Shown here in pieces: positions 60,121 to 64,000 of a stretch of DNA of 64,000 bases. The notes beneath the pieces are model-generated. The model searched no databases. It had not been told where the DNA came from and worked only from the letters and a program-made list of their open reading frames with translations. Every line of letters starts with the position of its first letter. Positions within the stretch are counted from its first letter, which is position 1. Made by a program: the position numbers and the translations under genes. The DNA is from a plasmid. Where the stretch lies: the sequence record NZ_CP137560.1; one strand, 5' to 3'.

Positions 60121-61723
60121 ACTGAAGTTTCGCAAGTGAATAAATATCAACTTGCTTGTTTATAAATATACATATTACGTAGCGTATGGGCAACAGGATT
60201 ACTTTCGATGAAATCTGCCAGCAACTCTGTAGCATCTATAGAGTAACGCTCTGCTGCTTCCAGAACGAAGTCCAAAATGATAGCCCATATCTTGTCCGTT
60301 ACGGACAACTCGAGAGTGTCATTGGTAACCTCTGTAAAGAGACCACCGATGGTTTCATACGCTTCAAATCTCTTCACTGTACACAAGATGTTATACTGCA
60401 TCATTGTCAAAGTGAAGCTAGCAATTTGAGCGGCAAAATGTACAGACTGGCATTTACCAAAGTTCAGCAAGGTCTTGCAATCCTTGTATGCAACTTCGGT
60501 AGCCCATCGTCTGGCATAAATACGATACGCTTCAAGGAAGCTAAGAGAAAGGTCTGTGGTCAACAACCCATTCCAGTTTCCCTTGCGTCCTCGTTTGCAA
60601 AAGAACAAACGGACTGGCACACCATCCAACTTAACGTCCATTGTACAATAGGTACAGCGAAGTATTTTGTTGTGTTTGCATGCCTTCTCCTTTTGCAGGT
60701 GCTTGATGATTTGCTTGGCATTCATCTTGCCATGCTTCGTTGCATAGTTGGTTTTGCCCAGTTTAATCATGCCCAACAGGTGACACTTGATATGTCTGCT
60801 GGAAATGAAACGCACAAGCTTAGTGTTTGTAAACCAGCTATCTACGAGCAAGTAATCAAAGCGAACACCTCGCTTGATGGCATACTTGACCATATCTATG
60901 GCCTTGTCTGTCTTCTTCATCAGATATTCATCCACACGATCTTTTACCGCTTGCCCTTCGTGGTCCTCGGTATAGCGAGCTTTGCGTTGCTTAGCAGTAA
61001 GTCCCTGAACCTTTTGCTTGTCCTTTCCCTCCTCACCATGAAGAGAAAAATCGAGAAAGAGCTGGCTAACGCCATCGGACAACATCATGGTCAGACACTT
61101 ATAACCAAGGATGCTCTTTTGATGAACATGAGACCAGATTCTTCCTATGAGTTCGGTCGTCATACCAGTCTTAGGTGCATCAGTATCATCAATAATCAAA
61201 CAAACCGGCTTGTCATGATGAACAGTTGTGCTGCTTGATATCTTCTTTATCAGCTGAAGATTCATTGCATATAGTAACTTGCGCCACTTGACGTTGCCAT
61301 CATTCATAAAACGATAGAACATGTCTTTATCACAATTGAACAATTTACTCAAGGACGAGTTGGAGTATCGACTCGCATTCTTGACTACGAAGAACGGGAA
61401 GAGCATGAGGAGGTTGAGTACCTGCAAAGTGGTGAACTTGCAGTTCTCTTTCTTCTCTACTCCAATCTGGCTGGAGCGTATATTTATATGTTCCATCACA
61501 CCCATAATGCACTTAATTGCACGATTATCGTCATTTTTTGCGAAAAAGCTTCGCAGATCTGAAATAATTTTTGTATATTTGCTCACGGCTTTGAAGTTTT
61601 ATCTTTATTGTTTAGCGATTATAAAGATACTCATTTTCTGTGAGTTATACAAACTTCAGAGCCTTTTTTATTCCAAAATTACGTTAAATCACGCTTGTGA
61701 ATTTTCACTTGCGAAACTTTAGT
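60121..61723 (-). mobile_element. IS4-family insertion sequence (about 1.6 kb) with 18-bp terminal inverted repeats
   Basis: Left ACTGAAGTTTCGCAAGTG (60121-60138) versus the reverse complement of 61706-61723 (ACTAAAGTTTCGCAAGTG) gives 17/18 identity; encloses the transposase gene. Confidence 0.7.
60147..61586 (-). CDS. IS4-family DDE transposase
   Basis: 479 aa; DDE region …CLIIDDTDAPK… / …LLVDSWFTN… / …YARRWATEVAYKDCK (E and K/R signature). Confidence 0.85.
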   Translation of the reverse strand: MSKYTKIISDLRSFFAKNDDNRAIKCIMGVMEHINIRSSQIGVEKKENCKFTTLQVLNLLMLFPFFVVKNASRYSNSSLSKLFNCDKDMFYRFMNDGNVKWRKLLYAMNLQLIKKISSSTTVHHDKPVCLIIDDTDAPKTGMTTELIGRIWSHVHQKSILGYKCLTMMLSDGVSQLFLDFSLHGEEGKDKQKVQGLTAKQRKARYTEDHEGQAVKDRVDEYLMKKTDKAIDMVKYAIKRGVRFDYLLVDSWFTNTKLVRFISSRHIKCHLLGMIKLGKTNYATKHGKMNAKQIIKHLQKEKACKHNKILRCTYCTMDVKLDGVPVRLFFCKRGRKGNWNGLLTTDLSLSFLEAYRIYARRWATEVAYKDCKTLLNFGKCQSVHFAAQIASFTLTMMQYNILCTVKRFEAYETIGGLFTEVTNDTLELSVTDKIWAIILDFVLEAAERYSIDATELLADFIESNPVAHTLRNMYIYKQAS

Positions 61724-61748
61724 AAAATATGAACTAAAACATTTTAGT

Positions 61749-62321
61749 ATGAAGCATTTATTGACATCTTTGCTGCTTTTCTTTGCAGTTGGCATTTGTT
61801 CTGCACAGTCTGAGCACATGAAATTCAAAGGGATACCAATGGAAGGTTCCCTGAATAGTTTCGTTGATAAACTCAAAAGTAAAGGGTATACTTATCTAGG
61901 ACAACAAGAAGGTATTGCTCTTCTTCAAGGTGAGTTCGCTGCTACCAAAAATTGTATCATAAGTGTCGTTCGTTTTTCAGATAAGGATCAAGTAAATATG
62001 GTAGTTGTATTATTGCCTGGTCAGAAATCATGGTCTAGTATTATAAGTGATTATAATACGTTTAAGAATCTCCTTACTGAGAAGTATGGAATACCAAACG
62101 TAACAGAAAGCTTTTCAAACCAAGAACCTACTTCAGACTTTTTGAAGTTCTATGCACTATTAAATGATGAATGCCATTATCTTTCTGAGTTTACGACAGA
62201 AAATGGTAGAATACAGCTGACAATGGGCAAGAAAGATTATGATGAAGCTTCTATAATCTTAAAATACATTGATAATGCGAATGTTTCTGAGACTCGCAAG
62301 AAAATAATGGATGATCTTTAA
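61749..62321 (+). CDS. Secreted hypothetical protein
   Basis: Signal peptide MKHLLTSLLLFFAVGICSAQ; 190 aa. Confidence 0.55.
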   Translation: MKHLLTSLLLFFAVGICSAQSEHMKFKGIPMEGSLNSFVDKLKSKGYTYLGQQEGIALLQGEFAATKNCIISVVRFSDKDQVNMVVVLLPGQKSWSSIISDYNTFKNLLTEKYGIPNVTESFSNQEPTSDFLKFYALLNDECHYLSEFTTENGRIQLTMGKKDYDEASIILKYIDNANVSETRKKIMDDL

Positions 62322-62372
62322 AATCTGTATATTTTCAAAGTTGGGAACTATAAAGTATAAAAAACTATTATC

Positions 62373-64000
62373 ATGAGTAGTAATAAAATAAATTTAGGTG
62401 AATACATTAGAAATCGCACCATAGAGATTCCATGTTATCAACGTGGATATATTTGGGGTAAGAAACATGATGGTAGCAGGGATTCTGTTACTTATATGCT
62501 TGACACTCTTAAAAAAGGTTTTGATAACAATAAAAAAGATATTTTTGTTCAAGGAATAACCATAGGAAATTCCCTTGATAGCCCTGTGTATAATGTCATT
62601 GATGGACAGCAAAGAAGTACATTCTTTTATCTGTTACTTAAAACTTTAGGTGATAGTGCTTTTAACATTAAATATGAAAGTACTAGAGGTGCAGAATTAG
62701 AGGTTAGTGAGTCACCTCAAAAATGGCTCGATGAATTTTCCGCAGATACTAATTGTGATGAAAATCAGAAGGAACCAACTCAAGATGTGTTTTTTTTCAA
62801 GAAGACGGTTAGATTAATAAAAAGTCATGAACTTTTTAATGACAAGCATCATGATGTTATAGAGTATTTGTATGACCATATTTTCTTCTTAATAATTCCT
62901 ATTCAAGAAAAATTGGCTGTATCTACATTTACTATGATGAATGGTAATAAGGCAAATATGGCTGATTATGAATTAATTAAAGCTGATTTGCTCCGTCGTG
63001 CTTCATTGGGTACTGGTGGTTATACAAATAAGATGGCAAGTGAATGGGACAATATTTCTTTACGAAGCCGTTACGCCCATGAATGGGATAGATGGCTTCA
63101 TTGGTGGAATCAGAAAGAAGTACAGCAAATGTATAACTGCAGTAATCCAATGGGTTGGCTGTTGAAAACTGTCTTTGATGTTAAAAATGAGTCTGACAAT
63201 CTCTTCCGTGCTTATGAAAACTATCTTGATTCAACTAAAAATGTAGCCAAAGCTGCCAAAAACTTGTTCGGACAGTTACGAGATTGCCAACATCGTTTCG
63301 AAATAGCTTATACAGATGCTGTTCAATATAATCAATTTGGAATCATCATGCGCTTTATAGATCGACCTGAAGATAAGATAAAGTTTATAAAGAATCAGTT
63401 TGCTTCATCGACAGTGCCTGATGTTGAAGTTAAAGACTTGCATACGTTATATAATTTGCTTTTGCTTGGATTTACATATACTATGATTTCTAAGAATGAT
63501 TTAGACCAGGATTATGTTGGTAAATATTTAAAGGCAATTACTGATGGCAACCTTTATCATACAGGAAGCGAGTTGGCCTACCGTTATCTGTTAGTTCGTA
63601 ATGTTGAAAGGGATTCGGAATTAGATAGAAAATTCGATTTTTCTATTTGGAGTAACCGTTCTCTGGAACATGTATATCCCAAATCCAAGGTTTTACATGT
63701 TGAGAATAATGAAATTCTAGGTGGTGATGGTAAATTGCATCCTGAGTTTGAGGGACTTAAAATAACAAAAAAGGGAGAATTTATTCAAACTTCAAGTATT
63801 GAGAAATCTTATCAGATGGACACATTTATATCAAGGGCTTCTATAGAAAATGCTTGGAATACTTATCAAGCTGAATTTGGTCAATATGAAAATGTACAAG
63901 TAGATAGCATATCAGAACATAGCTTAGGAAATTTGTTGCTCCTTTATAAAAACAACAATTCTTCTTTTGGTAATAAGATGCCAGAAGATAAAAGAAAGAG
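62373..64000 (+). CDS. GmrSD-type type IV restriction enzyme (DUF262 N-domain + DUF1524 His-Me nuclease), 3'-partial; runs off the window end and is not in the ORF track
   Basis: Open frame from ATG 62373 to the window end; DUF262 motif VIDGQQRSTFFY; C-terminal region with LEHVYPKS…LGNLLLL (DUF1524-like). Confidence 0.75.
   Translation, partial: MSSNKINLGEYIRNRTIEIPCYQRGYIWGKKHDGSRDSVTYMLDTLKKGFDNNKKDIFVQGITIGNSLDSPVYNVIDGQQRSTFFYLLLKTLGDSAFNIKYESTRGAELEVSESPQKWLDEFSADTNCDENQKEPTQDVFFFKKTVRLIKSHELFNDKHHDVIEYLYDHIFFLIIPIQEKLAVSTFTMMNGNKANMADYELIKADLLRRASLGTGGYTNKMASEWDNISLRSRYAHEWDRWLHWWNQKEVQQMYNCSNPMGWLLKTVFDVKNESDNLFRAYENYLDSTKNVAKAAKNLFGQLRDCQHRFEIAYTDAVQYNQFGIIMRFIDRPEDKIKFIKNQFASSTVPDVEVKDLHTLYNLLLLGFTYTMISKNDLDQDYVGKYLKAITDGNLYHTGSELAYRYLLVRNVERDSELDRKFDFSIWSNRSLEHVYPKSKVLHVENNEILGGDGKLHPEFEGLKITKKGEFIQTSSIEKSYQMDTFISRASIENAWNTYQAEFGQYENVQVDSISEHSLGNLLLLYKNNNSSFGNKMPEDKRK

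Noticed and set aside
60121-61723. Similarity between the IS4 terminal repeat core AGTTTCGCAAG and the iteron core AGTTTCGTAG
   Set aside because: Only a 9/10-nt match in AT-rich DNA, with no shared flanking pattern. It is probably coincidental; noted in case Rep and transposase binding sites are related.

Overview
The window is AT-rich and looks like Bacteroidales (Prevotella/Bacteroides-type) accessory DNA; the taxon is inferred from gene content, not measured. It is a mosaic of mobile DNA, a plasmid- or chromid-like replication/partition module and a dense defence-island-like cluster. No CRISPR array and no rRNA were found. All calls below come from reading the six-frame translations and the nucleotide sequence by eye; nothing was searched against a database.

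- **1-16.9 kb:**
  - a ParA ATPase with a small basic partner protein
  - glycerate kinase
  - a membrane-anchored AraC regulator
  - a complete IS66 element (tnpA-tnpB-tnpC, GTAAGCG ends, 8-bp target duplication CTTATGAC) inserted into the right-hand copy of a 36-bp palindromic inverted repeat that bounds a truncated IS5/IS1182-like transposase gene
  - Hsp20, an MFS transporter, a DUF4143-type ATPase and a Ser-type sulfatase
  - a hypothetical protein and a decayed helicase pseudogene
- **17.2-32.2 kb, four adjacent operons that look like conflict/defence systems:**
  - AAA ATPase + an intracellular S8 subtilase
  - two small unknown proteins + an HKD/PLD nuclease + a calcineurin-like metallophosphoesterase
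  - MoxR/RavA AAA+ ATPase + a VWA protein + a DUF45/YgjP-like HExxH hydrolase + a WYL regulator
  - two small proteins + a classic AAA ATPase + a HAD phosphatase + a PD-(D/E)xK nuclease-like protein
- **32.1-39.2 kb:** a nest of segmental duplications (repeat families A, B and C). They enclose a 126-nt tRNA-like RNA gene and a 752-aa orphan protein.
  - The RNA has a perfect acceptor stem, D-arm, T-arm and encoded CCA, but its anticodon arm is replaced by an about 70-nt structured insert.
  - One copy of repeat C, together with the first 10 nt of the RNA, is also fused upstream of the sulfatase gene at 12.3 kb.
- **42-58.7 kb:**
  - an FtsZ paralog and a second ParA gene with a DUF3408-like partner
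  - a 2.5-kb ORF-free region dense in a degenerate RYRTTTAC motif
  - a Rep-like gene followed by two clusters of five tandem 22-bp iterons (core AGTTTCGTAG), plus dispersed single copies
  - a 1317-aa Schlafen/AlbA_2-domain protein
  - DnaB helicase
- **58.8-64 kb:**
  - a SprT-like metalloprotease and a DUF559-like endonuclease
  - an IS4-family element with 18-bp inverted repeats
  - a 5'-partial GmrSD-type (DUF262/DUF1524) type IV restriction gene that runs off the window end

The best candidates for undescribed systems are the PLD/metallophosphoesterase four-gene operon, the MoxR-VWA-DUF45-WYL operon, the AAA-HAD-nuclease operon, the AAA-S8 pair, and the tRNA-like RNA + ORF752 cassette.
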